Shown: positions 9,301-18,398, counted from the stretch's first letter. The stretch: DNA of 32,006 nucleotides from Cyanobacteria bacterium Co-bin13 (GCA_014534385.1 JACVRP010000001.1:1-32006), one strand, 5' to 3'. Numbers and translations are program-made. The notes: generated by a model not told the origin, from the sequence alone.

Positions 9301-9558
9301 AGGATTTTTTCGCTCCGGTACTGCGATCGCAGTGCGCCTGCACTGCTAGCCCTATGTTAGGAAGGCTTTCCACAAAGAGGGAGCAACCTTTAGAGACACT
9401 TTAGAAGTCAGCACAAGAAAAACCGACGTCAAGCCAAATTTTTCTCCCACGTCAGCGGTTCCAACAGAATGCACCACAGGGATTTCAATGCTGAGCGTCT
9501 GCTGGCGTTTTGTCAGCTTTGCTGAGTGGCGTTCGAGAAACCATTGGGCGGCGGCGGC

Positions 9559-11484
9559 CTAACCACCGATCAGCGCAGCTCCCTCAGCCGTCCGACGCGC
9601 CTGAATTTCTAGATAAACCAGCAGCGCATTCACATCGGCAGGGTTTACCCCGCCAATGCGGGCTGCCTGTCCTACCGTCAGAGGCCTGATCTGGGCTAGC
9701 TTTTCCCGCGCTTCCTTAGAGAGCGTGTCGATGGCCATGTAGTCTAGATCCGCGGGCAGCTTACGGTTGGCGTTTCTGCTGATTTGCTCGATCTGAGCCT
9801 GCTGCCGGTGAATGTAGCCGGAATACTTGATGTCAATTTCGGCCCCTTCCTTCTCTTCGCGCAGCAGCTCGGTATGGCCTAGGCCATACCGCTCCAGGTC
9901 AACGTAGTGAAAGCCCGGACGGCGCAGCAGGTCAGCCAGCGTGATCGATCCTTTGATGCGCTGCTCAGTATCAGCAGCAATTTGCTGACCTAGCTCATCG
10001 TGCTCCTTGACGCGGGTTTCGTAGAGCCGCTCTTTTTCGGCAGCGATATTGGCGTACTTGCGCTGATGCAGCTCCCAGCGACGATCGTCGATCAGGCCAA
10101 TTTCGCGCCCTAGCGGCGTTAGGCGCTGGTCAGCGTTGTCTGAGCGCAGCAGCAGCCGATACTCAGAGCGCGAAGTGAGCATCCGGTAGGGTTCGCGCAG
10201 GTCTTTGGTGCAGAGGTCGTCTAGCAGCGTGCCAAGATAGCTGTGCTCACGGGGGAAAACGATCATCTCCCGGTTGCCGACAAAGCGAGCCGCATTGATG
10301 CCCGCTACTAGGCCCTGGGCAGCGGCTTCTTCGTAGCCAGTCGTGCCGTTGATCTGGCCAGCACAAAACAGCCCCTCTACCTGCTTTGTCATCAGCGTAG
10401 GGTAGCACTGGGTCGCTGGTAGGTAGTCGTACTCAACCGCATAGGCCGGGCGCAGCAGAGCGCAATGTTCCAGGCCGGGCAGGCTTCGCAGCATGGCCAG
10501 CTGTAGCTTCTCCGGCAGCCCAGTGGAAAAGCCCTGCACATAGATTTCGGGAATGTCACGCCCTTCTGGCTCTAGAAAGATCTGGTGGCTTTCCTTATCG
10601 GCAAAGCGAACGATCTTGTCTTCGATGCTGGGGCAGTAGCGGGGGCCTTTGGCATCAACCCAGCCGCCATAAACGGGCGACAAGTGCAGGTTCTCCCGAA
10701 TAATTCGGTGAGTTTCAGCGGTAGTGCGGGTGAGGTGGCAGGGCATCTGCTCGCGCTCCACCCAAACCTGGGGATCAAAGCTAAACCAGCGCACGTCTTC
10801 GTCGCCGGGCTGGGGTTCTAGGACATCAAAATTGATGGAGCGCCGATCAACCCGAGCAGGCGTGCCCGTTTTTAACCGCCCCGTCTCAAACCCGAGCTGA
10901 TTTAGCGTGTCGGTTAGGCCGGTTGCCGCAAATTCACCGGCCCTGCCAGCGGCCATTGACCTATTGCCCACCCAAATAATGCCGCCCAGAAAAGTCCCGG
11001 TTGTCAGAATTACGGCCCTGCACTTAAAAGCAACGCCGAAGTAGGTTTCCACGCCGACAACTTCGTCATTAAGGCCCAGCACCAGATCGGTCACCATACC
11101 CTCACGGATCACCAGGTTTTCCTGGTTCTCCACCAAGCCTTTCATCAGCGCCGCGTATTCGCGCTTGTCGGTCTGAGCCCGCAAAGCCCAAACGGCTGGT
11201 CCACGAGAATTGTTGAGAATGCGCTTTTGCAGGTAGGTGCGATCGGCCATTTTGCCAATCTCGCCTCCTAGAGCATCGACCTCGTGGGTGAGCTGTGACT
11301 TGGCCGGTCCTCCCACAGCGGGGTTGCAGGGCTGCCAGGCAATTTTGTCCAGATTGAGGGTCAGCAGCAGGGTACGGCAGCCCAAACGGGCCGCTGCCAG
11401 AGCTGCCTCACAGCCAGAATGCCCGGCCCCAACGACGACCACCTCAAACTCATCTAGAAAGTCAACGGCACCAACCGCAACCAT
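9559..11484 (-). CDS. mnmG: tRNA uridine-5-carboxymethylaminomethyl(34) synthesis enzyme MnmG (GidA)
   Basis: [15 protein letters not shown] motif, [47 protein letters not shown]. Confidence 0.98.
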   Translation of the reverse strand: MVAVGAVDFLDEFEVVVVGAGHSGCEAALAAARLGCRTLLLTLNLDKIAWQPCNPAVGGPAKSQLTHEVDALGGEIGKMADRTYLQKRILNNSRGPAVWALRAQTDKREYAALMKGLVENQENLVIREGMVTDLVLGLNDEVVGVETYFGVAFKCRAVILTTGTFLGGIIWVGNRSMAAGRAGEFAATGLTDTLNQLGFETGRLKTGTPARVDRRSINFDVLEPQPGDEDVRWFSFDPQVWVEREQMPCHLTRTTAETHRIIRENLHLSPVYGGWVDAKGPRYCPSIEDKIVRFADKESHQIFLEPEGRDIPEIYVQGFSTGLPEKLQLAMLRSLPGLEHCALLRPAYAVEYDYLPATQCYPTLMTKQVEGLFCAGQINGTTGYEEAAAQGLVAGINAARFVGNREMIVFPREHSYLGTLLDDLCTKDLREPYRMLTSRSEYRLLLRSDNADQRLTPLGREIGLIDDRRWELHQRKYANIAAEKERLYETRVKEHDELGQQIAADTEQRIKGSITLADLLRRPGFHYVDLERYGLGHTELLREEKEGAEIDIKYSGYIHRQQAQIEQISRNANRKLPADLDYMAIDTLSKEAREKLAQIRPLTVGQAARIGGVNPADVNALLVYLEIQARRTAEGAALIGG

Positions 11485-11586
11485 GAACCTACCCGGATTG
11501 TGGGATTTCCCCCTTATTCTACCGTTTCAGCCTTAGCCGTCGGCCCAGGCTAAACAGTCTCCTCTGCCACGTCTTCAGAAGCCGGG

Positions 11587-12318
11587 CTAAAGATGAATGC
11601 CGCACTCAGTCTTAACGCTGCCGCGCCAGCGTCCCGCCCGTTCGGATTCGCCGACTGCAACGGGCGTAGTCAGCGGTTCATCACCGATGCTGGTGTAGCC
11701 CTGATCATGCAGCGGGTTGTAGATCACCTGGTGCTGATAGGTGTAGTTCCAGAGGTCTTTGCGGCTCCAGTTGGCTAGAGGGTTGACCTTGATCCGGCCC
11801 TCTTTATCTCGCTCAAAAATAGGCATGGTCTGACGGGTCTCGGACTGATCCCGCCGCCGCCCGGTAATCCAGGCGCGAACTCCTAGCTCACTTAAGGCCC
11901 GCTGCAGCGGCTCTACCTTGGTCAGGTAGTGAAACTGATTGACGTCGTGCTGCCAGAGCTGATCGCCGTAACGGGCGGCAAAGGCGGCTCGGCTGTCAAC
12001 GCCTGCAGCCTGGTAGACGTGCAAATCGAGGTGGTAAAACGCTTTGGCCCGTTCCACGGTTTGCAGGGTTTCTGGGAAATGGTGCAGGGTATCGAGAAAA
12101 ATGACGGGCACAGGAGGATTGGGCTGCACTTCCCGGTAGAGCATGTGGGTCACCACCAGCAGACTAAAGGCGCTGGTTTGAACCAGCCCCTGAGGGATGT
12201 TTTCGACGCACCAGGACAAGATCTCTTGAGGAGAGGCGGCGTCGAACTGCTGATTCAAGGGGGTCAGGTCGAAATCTGGAGAGAGTGTTCCGACAGGGGA
12301 CGCAGTGCATTGAACCAT
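11587..12318 (-). CDS. cysH: Phosphoadenosine phosphosulfate (PAPS) reductase
   Basis: VIFLDTLHHFPET, WITGRRRDQS, YNPLHDQGYTSIGD, ERAGRW and C-terminal ECGIHL. It lacks the CC...CxxC Fe-S motif of APS reductases. Start placed at ATG 12318 (ORF track extends to 12378). Confidence 0.93.
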   Translation of the reverse strand: MVQCTASPVGTLSPDFDLTPLNQQFDAASPQEILSWCVENIPQGLVQTSAFSLLVVTHMLYREVQPNPPVPVIFLDTLHHFPETLQTVERAKAFYHLDLHVYQAAGVDSRAAFAARYGDQLWQHDVNQFHYLTKVEPLQRALSELGVRAWITGRRRDQSETRQTMPIFERDKEGRIKVNPLANWSRKDLWNYTYQHQVIYNPLHDQGYTSIGDEPLTTPVAVGESERAGRWRGSVKTECGIHL

Positions 12319-12400
12319 AGCGATGTTGTACCTGTGCTGCTGTTCAGGGGGAAAAACCCGACTTTCACCTTTATACACCCAATGTTACTCCAGATACACA

Positions 12401-12428
12401 CGTATTCCGGTCGGGATACGGGTGTTTA
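12401..12428 (-). promoter_or_regulatory. Palindromic candidate operator upstream of cysH
   Basis: CGTATTCCG-gt-CGGGATACG, an inverted repeat with one mismatch, about 80-100 bp upstream of the probable cysH start. Confidence 0.4.
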
Positions 12429-12654
12429 AGTTTGCTGGGTCTTGCCTAATTAAGCTGGCACTCTCGGACTCTGGAAGCTTTAATGGGGTGTTGGGGAGCA
12501 TTTTGGCCGGGTCAAAAAGTGGGGATCTGGGCAAAACCTGCTCTCTCACAGGGAGATTAACTGGTCATGGGTGCTGCCGTCAGAGAAAATACAGACGGCT
12601 TGGGAGCCCTGCTCAGGACCCCCAAAGCGTAGTTTGGTTTATCGGCAGCGACCT

Positions 12655-12939
12655 ATGCAGCTTGTGCTCTACAGCAAACCCGGTTGTCATCTGTGTGAAG
12701 GCTTAGAAGAGAAGCTTTCAGCCCTGACCCATCTGCCGTTTGATTTAGAAGTTCGCGACATCACGACGCGAGAAGACTGGTTTGGGGCCTATCAGTATGA
12801 AATTCCGGTGCTGTGCCAGGTGGTGGAAACGGCGGACGGCAGGCAGGAAAAACCCTTGCCTCGCCTCTCTCCGCGAGCCTCTTTGGCCCAGGTGGAGCGT
12901 TTGATACAGACTCGTCTCCACCCCAGTGAGGCAGAATGA
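12655..12939 (+). CDS. Glutaredoxin-like protein (DUF836 type)
   Basis: MQLVLYSKPGCHLCEGLEEKL...LEVRDIT...YQYEIPVL: CxxC thioredoxin-fold pattern. ATG at 12655, directly upstream of murE. Confidence 0.85.
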   Translation: MQLVLYSKPGCHLCEGLEEKLSALTHLPFDLEVRDITTREDWFGAYQYEIPVLCQVVETADGRQEKPLPRLSPRASLAQVERLIQTRLHPSEAE

Positions 12940-12973
12940 TATCCAATTTCAGTGATTTTGAGGATTTGCTGAC

Positions 12974-14491
12974 ATGACCCTGCGTGAACTGTTGGCTTGC
13001 CTGCCTGAAGGGCTAATCGATTTGGAGTCTCTTCCAGACCACGCAGCGTTGGAGGCTGAGGTTAAGGGACTTTGCACCAATTCCCACGCCTGCCAGGCTG
13101 GCGATGTGTTTATCGGCATGCCAGGTACCCGGGTAGACGGCGGAGACTTTTGGCCAAGCGCGATCGCAACCGGTGCGATCGCAGCCCTGGTGTCTCCCTC
13201 AGCGCTAGAAAATCGCCCTGCGGCCGAACACCCTGAAGCCTGTGTCATCCCTCTGGCCGAAATGGTCGTGGGCTGTGCTGAGTTGGCGGCAGCCTTCTAC
13301 GGCTACCCAGCGCGGCAGATGCAGCTGGTAGGCGTCACCGGCACCAACGGTAAAACCACCACCACTCACCTGATTGAGCACCTGCTGCAGGCAGGGCAAA
13401 CCACCACAGCCCTGCTGGGCACCCTCTACAGCCGCTGGCCGGGGTACCAGAGAACCGCGCTGCACACGACCCCCTTTGCCGTCGAACTGCAGGCTGATCT
13501 AGCGGCAGCGCGAGAGGCCGGGGCAGCGGTGGCGGTGATGGAGGTCAGTTCCCACGCGCTGGCCCAAAAGCGGGCCTGGGGCTGCCGCTTTGAGGTAGCC
13601 GTCTTCACCAACCTGACCCAAGATCACCTCGACTTTCACCAAGATCTGGAAAATTACTTTAGAGCCAAGGCCCTGCTGTTTAGTGAGCATTACCTGCAGG
13701 GGCGGGCTTTGGTAAACCACGGAGATCCCTACGGGCAGCGGCTGATTGAGCAGCTAGGCCCAGAACGGGTCTGGAGCTACAGCACTGAAGACACGGCCGC
13801 CGACCTCTATACCAGCGACCTGCGCTATCAGGCTAATGGCGTCAGCGGCCAAATCCATACTCCTTTGGGCACTGCCGCCTTTACCTCGCCGCTGGTGGGG
13901 CAGTTTAACCTGGAGAACCTGCTGGCAGCAGTCGGCGCGGCGCTGCAGTTGGGCGTGGCGCTGGAGACGATCGTGGCGGCGCTGCCCCAGTTCCCGGGCG
14001 TACCCGGACGGATGGAGCAGGTGCAGGTCCAAGCAGACCAAGACATCAGCGTGATCGTGGACTACGCCCACACCCCCGACAGCCTAAAAAGCTCTCTGGC
14101 AGCCGCTCGCCCCTTTATTCAGGGTCGGCTGATCTGCGTGTTTGGCTGCGGCGGCGATCGCGATCGCACCAAGCGCCCTCTGATGGGCCGCATTGCCTAC
14201 GAGCTGGCCGATGCGGTGGTCGTCACCTCCGATAACCCCCGGACCGAAGACCCAGAGAAGATCTTGCAGGACATTCTGGCGGGCATTACGGCTGAGCTAG
14301 ATGAGCAGTCGGTGATTTGCGATCGCGCCGCCGCTATCCGTAGCGCTATCCTCCAGGCCCAGCCTGGGGACGGCATCTTAATCGCGGGCAAAGGGCACGA
14401 GGACTATCAAATTCTAGGGACCGAGAAAATTCATTTTGACGATCGCGAGCAGGCTCGCGAGGCTCTGGCCCTGAGATATTCGAGTTTATAA
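12974..14491 (+). CDS. murE: UDP-N-acetylmuramoyl-L-alanyl-D-glutamate--2,6-diaminopimelate ligase
   Basis: GVTGTNGKTT P-loop, MEVSSHAL, FTNLTQDHLDFH, VDYAHTPD, the meso-DAP specificity motif DNPR, AGKGHE. Confidence 0.97.
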   Translation: MTLRELLACLPEGLIDLESLPDHAALEAEVKGLCTNSHACQAGDVFIGMPGTRVDGGDFWPSAIATGAIAALVSPSALENRPAAEHPEACVIPLAEMVVGCAELAAAFYGYPARQMQLVGVTGTNGKTTTTHLIEHLLQAGQTTTALLGTLYSRWPGYQRTALHTTPFAVELQADLAAAREAGAAVAVMEVSSHALAQKRAWGCRFEVAVFTNLTQDHLDFHQDLENYFRAKALLFSEHYLQGRALVNHGDPYGQRLIEQLGPERVWSYSTEDTAADLYTSDLRYQANGVSGQIHTPLGTAAFTSPLVGQFNLENLLAAVGAALQLGVALETIVAALPQFPGVPGRMEQVQVQADQDISVIVDYAHTPDSLKSSLAAARPFIQGRLICVFGCGGDRDRTKRPLMGRIAYELADAVVVTSDNPRTEDPEKILQDILAGITAELDEQSVICDRAAAIRSAILQAQPGDGILIAGKGHEDYQILGTEKIHFDDREQAREALALRYSSL

Positions 14492-14688
14492 ACTCCCGCA
14501 ACAATTTTGGCCCAAATTCGTAGTCTTACCAGATACTCTGAGACAAACCCATCAGCGGTTCTAGCACCCTTGGTCGCATTTGTCAGGATTGGGGCTGGGC
14601 AAACCATGGCAGCCTCTGCCACCTGACTCAAGCAAACCAGGAGCAAAAAGTAGCAAAGCACACTTGGCCCCCGGTCTCCGGAAGCACC

Positions 14689-16164
14689 ATGCAGCCCTAC
14701 CGCTATGAAGCAGATTCACTGCGCCGCATTATTCAAGCCAGCTCCGCTAACCCAGATGTCATTCAAATCAAGCCCAAAGGATTTAAGGCCATCCTGCAGC
14801 TAACCGCCGATTTCCTGGAAACCTATCAGGTGACCGGCACCCTGCTAGCCAAATTTCCCAAAGGTACACTCTGGCAGGATGACGTTCAGCGGTACTACCA
14901 GGCAATGGACGGGCGCAGCCGTCTCTACAGCTTTAACCGTACCCCAGAAGCAGCCGTTCCCCTTGGAACGGCGCTTTTGCCGCTAGATGGACCCCATATC
15001 TGGCAGGGTGAGTATTTCCTGATCATTCTGTCCCAGGCTTTTTGCGGGCTGCTGGTCGTCCATCGCCTGCAGTCTGCTTCTGCAGTTCACGCCCACCTTG
15101 CCGAAGAGAATCTGGAGCGGGCAGACCCGACTTTAGATTTGCCCGAGGGAGGCTCTGCCAACAGCTCGCTCTACCTAGAAGTCTGCTGCTCGGTCAATCC
15201 GGAGCTGATCGCTACGATCGCTACCTCTGTTCGAACTGTGATCGAACGATCTGCGCCCCAACACCCCGACAATGCGGCAATGCAGGATCTGCTAGCACAC
15301 TGGGAGCAGTACTGCCCGGCCTCTGCCGAAGGCGCTGCCGGAACAGCTCTGCTCGATCGCTGGATGGGCTGGCAGTTGAGGCAGCAGGAACACCTGCGCC
15401 AGTCCATTACGGCCTACCGCAAGCAGGCTCTGGCGGCTTCTAACCTATCCTCCCAAAACGAGGTCCTGCTAAACACGCTGCGGCTCAAGGATGACTTTCT
15501 CAACACGGTCGGGCAGGAACTGCGAACGCCGCTGGCCACCATCAAAACAGCCCTGACGCTGCTCAATTCTCCCAGCCTTAAAGCGCCCCAGCGACAGCGG
15601 TACATGGACATGATTACTCAGGAGTGCGATCGCCAAAGCTCCCTGATTAGCGGTGTACTCGACCTGCTGCAGATGGAGACCAGCCTGGATCACGTCCGGC
15701 CCCAGGCCCTGCGGCTGGCCGATACCGTGCCGCCCATCGTCAGCACTTACCAGCCCCTGGCCGAAGAGCGAGGGGTTCTGCTGGCCTACACCATTCCCAA
15801 TGACTTGCCTGCCGTTGCCTGCCCAGAAGCCTGGCTGCGCCAGATCATGATTCATCTGCTCAACAACAGCATCAAGTTTACTCAGGCGGGGGGCCAGGTT
15901 TGGGTCACGGCTAACCTGCAGGACGACTTTGCAGAACTGGAAATTCGCGATACGGGGGTCGGTATTGCGCCTGCAGAACTACCGAATCTATTTGAGCACT
16001 TCTACCGGGGGCGCAATTCCCCGCCCGGCACACCTGAGGGAGCCGGACTGGGGCTCTCGATTGTGCAGCAGCTCTTGGCCTACTGCGGCGGCTCCATCCT
16101 GGTTCACAGCCAGCCCGGCAGCGGCAGCAGCTTTCGCGTGCGCCTACCGCTGCACCAAACCTGA
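14689..16164 (+). CDS. Sensor histidine kinase-like protein (probable DICT-like N-terminal sensor, HisKA-like helix with His->Gln, intact HATPase)
   Basis: H-box reads QELRTPL. N-box HLLNNSIKFT, G1 DTGVGI, F-box LFEHFYRG, G2 GAGLGL. The N-terminal EYFLIILSQAFCGLLV resembles a DICT-associated domain. Confidence 0.85.
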   Translation: MQPYRYEADSLRRIIQASSANPDVIQIKPKGFKAILQLTADFLETYQVTGTLLAKFPKGTLWQDDVQRYYQAMDGRSRLYSFNRTPEAAVPLGTALLPLDGPHIWQGEYFLIILSQAFCGLLVVHRLQSASAVHAHLAEENLERADPTLDLPEGGSANSSLYLEVCCSVNPELIATIATSVRTVIERSAPQHPDNAAMQDLLAHWEQYCPASAEGAAGTALLDRWMGWQLRQQEHLRQSITAYRKQALAASNLSSQNEVLLNTLRLKDDFLNTVGQELRTPLATIKTALTLLNSPSLKAPQRQRYMDMITQECDRQSSLISGVLDLLQMETSLDHVRPQALRLADTVPPIVSTYQPLAEERGVLLAYTIPNDLPAVACPEAWLRQIMIHLLNNSIKFTQAGGQVWVTANLQDDFAELEIRDTGVGIAPAELPNLFEHFYRGRNSPPGTPEGAGLGLSIVQQLLAYCGGSILVHSQPGSGSSFRVRLPLHQT

Positions 16165-16166
16165 CT

Positions 16167-16194
16167 CTAGGGACGCGATTAATCGCGTCCCTAG
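16167..16194. repeat. Perfect 28-bp REP-like palindrome between the two convergent kinase genes
   Basis: CTAGGGACGCGATT|AATCGCGTCCCTAG, 2 nt after the stop codon at 16164. Confidence 0.8.
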
Positions 16195-16220
16195 GGTGGG
16201 ATTGGCTGCGGAAAAAGAGG

Positions 16221-17888
16221 CTACAGGCTGCGCGTCTCTAGGGGCAGGTAAACCGTCAGCACTTCACCTCGCTGAGGTTTTTGCCGAACAATGAGCTTGC
16301 CGCCCAGCGCCTGAAAGAGATTCTTAGTTGCAGCCAGGTTGAGGCTCAAGCCGCCCGTTTCAGGCTGGAACATCAGCAGGTGTCCCACCGAGCGAAACGG
16401 GGAGACCGTTGCCCGATGGCAGGCAGTGGTCTCTGCAGCCGGTTTGGTATCTGCCTTGGGCTGCGACTGAAACTGTAGCTTGAGCTGGTGCCCTGCCAGG
16501 CTGACTACCAGCTTGATGTGGCTGTAGGGTGGCAGGCTGTGGGTAAAGCGGTCAATCAGCCCCGTCAACACCTGGTTAAGCATGGTCGAGTCGCTGGTTA
16601 CCATCGGCATTTGAGAGGGTACTTTGACCTCCAGCGTCAGGTTGCGGCGCTGAGCCTGCTGCTGCCAAAGCGCAATCGAGTCCTGAAATATTTGGTTCAG
16701 AGAGATCGCTGAAAGAGTTGACTGCGGCTGCTTAGGGCCTTCAGTTTCTAGCTCAACGGCTCGAAAGATCAGGTTAAAGCGGTCAATCTGCTGCGTACAC
16801 TCCCGGTCGATCAGCTTCAGGCGCTTGATTGCCTCCTCGGGCAGGTCTTTGCGCTTTAGAAGCGATCGCGTAAAGGTTCGAATGGTAGTCAGAGGCGTGC
16901 GAATCTCGTGGGCCATCGCCTTTAGCAGCTCTGCGTCTCGGCGGGTGGGATCGCTCGTTGCTGGGTCTGGCGACGCATCCGGTGAGGCTGTTCCCTGCAA
17001 CAGGCCCAGGGGTTGAGTGGCAGGGGTTGAGGCAAATCCGTTTGCCGCTGCCGCTGCTGGAGCTGCCCAGGAGGCCAAGCGCACCTCTGGATCGGCTGGG
17101 ATGGCAGCGGAGCTAGCGCTGGCCTGGTGCCGCAGGTGCGCCAACAACAGCCGGGTGAACTGAGTCACCACCTGGTAGGGCGGAGGCTGCGGTACAAAGG
17201 GTTGGGCCACGCTGTCGAGCGTCGGCAGCAGGGGTGGCCGGATCTGGGCCACGCGCGATCGCATCTGCTGCCAAACCTGCTGGTTGATCTCAGGCTCAAA
17301 GGAAAATTGAAACTGGGGCCTGCCCTGGGGCCCATTGGCTAACACCAGCGACAGGCTAAAGGTGGGGGTCAGGACCAGACAAAACCGCTCGGTAGCCAGC
17401 GTATCGCCCGCAGGCAGCGGAATAGTCTGCAGCGTTTCTGACGATTTCCCCCTGGCTTTGCCGTCATCGGGCAGTAGGGGCCGCGCTATTGCTAGCAGCC
17501 CTTCTAGCGGTTGGGGAATCAGCACCCAGCTAGACAGGCGTTGTCCTAGGGACTGGTCCCACAATACTGGCAGCGGCCCTGACAGCACCATACCTTCCCA
17601 GGTGGCTAGCCCGCCTGCGTCTGCCCCAGGGCCTTGACCCAAGTGAGCATGCAGCAGCTGAGTGAGCGCTGCGATCGCACTCCACCATTCAGCCTCGGCT
17701 CGCAGGCGCTGCTGGTTGCGATCGTCAATTGAGGGCAAATTTTCACCTGAAAACGCAGCCTCTGAGGACGGGGATCCCCCCTGAGAGGCCGTCATATCAG
17801 GCCAAAAATCAGCTCCCCCTGCGCCATCGCTTGCTAATAACTCACTTAAGGAGGGATAGTTTTGATTCACGGTGCTATCCTCTGCCAA
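16221..17888 (-). CDS. hik2: Hik2/chloroplast sensor kinase (CSK)-type histidine kinase
   Basis: AEAEWWSAIAAL, GMVLSGPLP, ERFCLVLTPTFSL, FQFSFEPE, AHEIRTPLTTIRTFTRSLLKR, IDRECTQQIDR and LMFQPETGGLSLNL...LGGKLIVRQ match my recall of the cyanobacterial Hik2 family. The TTG start is uncertain. Confidence 0.8.
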   Translation of the reverse strand: MAEDSTVNQNYPSLSELLASDGAGGADFWPDMTASQGGSPSSEAAFSGENLPSIDDRNQQRLRAEAEWWSAIAALTQLLHAHLGQGPGADAGGLATWEGMVLSGPLPVLWDQSLGQRLSSWVLIPQPLEGLLAIARPLLPDDGKARGKSSETLQTIPLPAGDTLATERFCLVLTPTFSLSLVLANGPQGRPQFQFSFEPEINQQVWQQMRSRVAQIRPPLLPTLDSVAQPFVPQPPPYQVVTQFTRLLLAHLRHQASASSAAIPADPEVRLASWAAPAAAAANGFASTPATQPLGLLQGTASPDASPDPATSDPTRRDAELLKAMAHEIRTPLTTIRTFTRSLLKRKDLPEEAIKRLKLIDRECTQQIDRFNLIFRAVELETEGPKQPQSTLSAISLNQIFQDSIALWQQQAQRRNLTLEVKVPSQMPMVTSDSTMLNQVLTGLIDRFTHSLPPYSHIKLVVSLAGHQLKLQFQSQPKADTKPAAETTACHRATVSPFRSVGHLLMFQPETGGLSLNLAATKNLFQALGGKLIVRQKPQRGEVLTVYLPLETRSL

Positions 17889-18041
17889 TTCTGCAACCCT
17901 TGTGCTTCAGCCAACTCCAGGCAGGTCCCGCAACGCCTAGTTAAAGGCGGAGATCGCGCTAGGTTGGTTTCCCTATTACGAGACTACGCCCTGGCTGCAA
18001 ATTGAGCTATGGGTAGAACCGAACGTTGGCAGAGAGTTTTC

Positions 18042-18398
18042 TCAACCAAACCAGGAGGAAGGCGAAAACGCTGAATCCGACTGGTCCGATTTTGACGAAT
18101 TGCCCCAATTCTGCCGAGGGTTGAGCAAATGCTCAATTCCCTGGTGAATCAGCTGCTCAATCTGCTGATGCTGCTCTGCAGAGTAGCAGTTACGGGGCGA
18201 TTCTAGAGAGCAGGCAGCCTGGTGGTCCATGCTGACGTAAAACCCAGGAATACGGCTCAAGACATAAGCGATTAAACGCTCACGCAGAGCAGGGGAAGCA
18301 AAGGTCTGCTGATAGGGGTAGAAAGGATAGCCCAAGAGCAGTGCATTAACCTTTTCCGTCACTACTGGTAAAGCCAGGTTGACAATAGTTTGCGACAT
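18042..18398 (-). CDS. Small cyanobacterial protein, ComFB-like (late competence development family)
   Basis: IVNLALPVV...YPFYPYQQTFASPALRERLIAYVLSRIPGFYV resembles the ComFB 'AxALNxLPPxY' segment. ATG at 18398 has GGAG upstream. Confidence 0.55.
   Translation of the reverse strand: MSQTIVNLALPVVTEKVNALLLGYPFYPYQQTFASPALRERLIAYVLSRIPGFYVSMDHQAACSLESPRNCYSAEQHQQIEQLIHQGIEHLLNPRQNWGNSSKSDQSDSAFSPSSWFG

Noticed and set aside
11929-12706. Plus-strand ORFs 11929-12429 and 12323-12706
   Set aside because: They overlap cysH antisense or run through the divergent promoter region, with no motifs or clear RBS.
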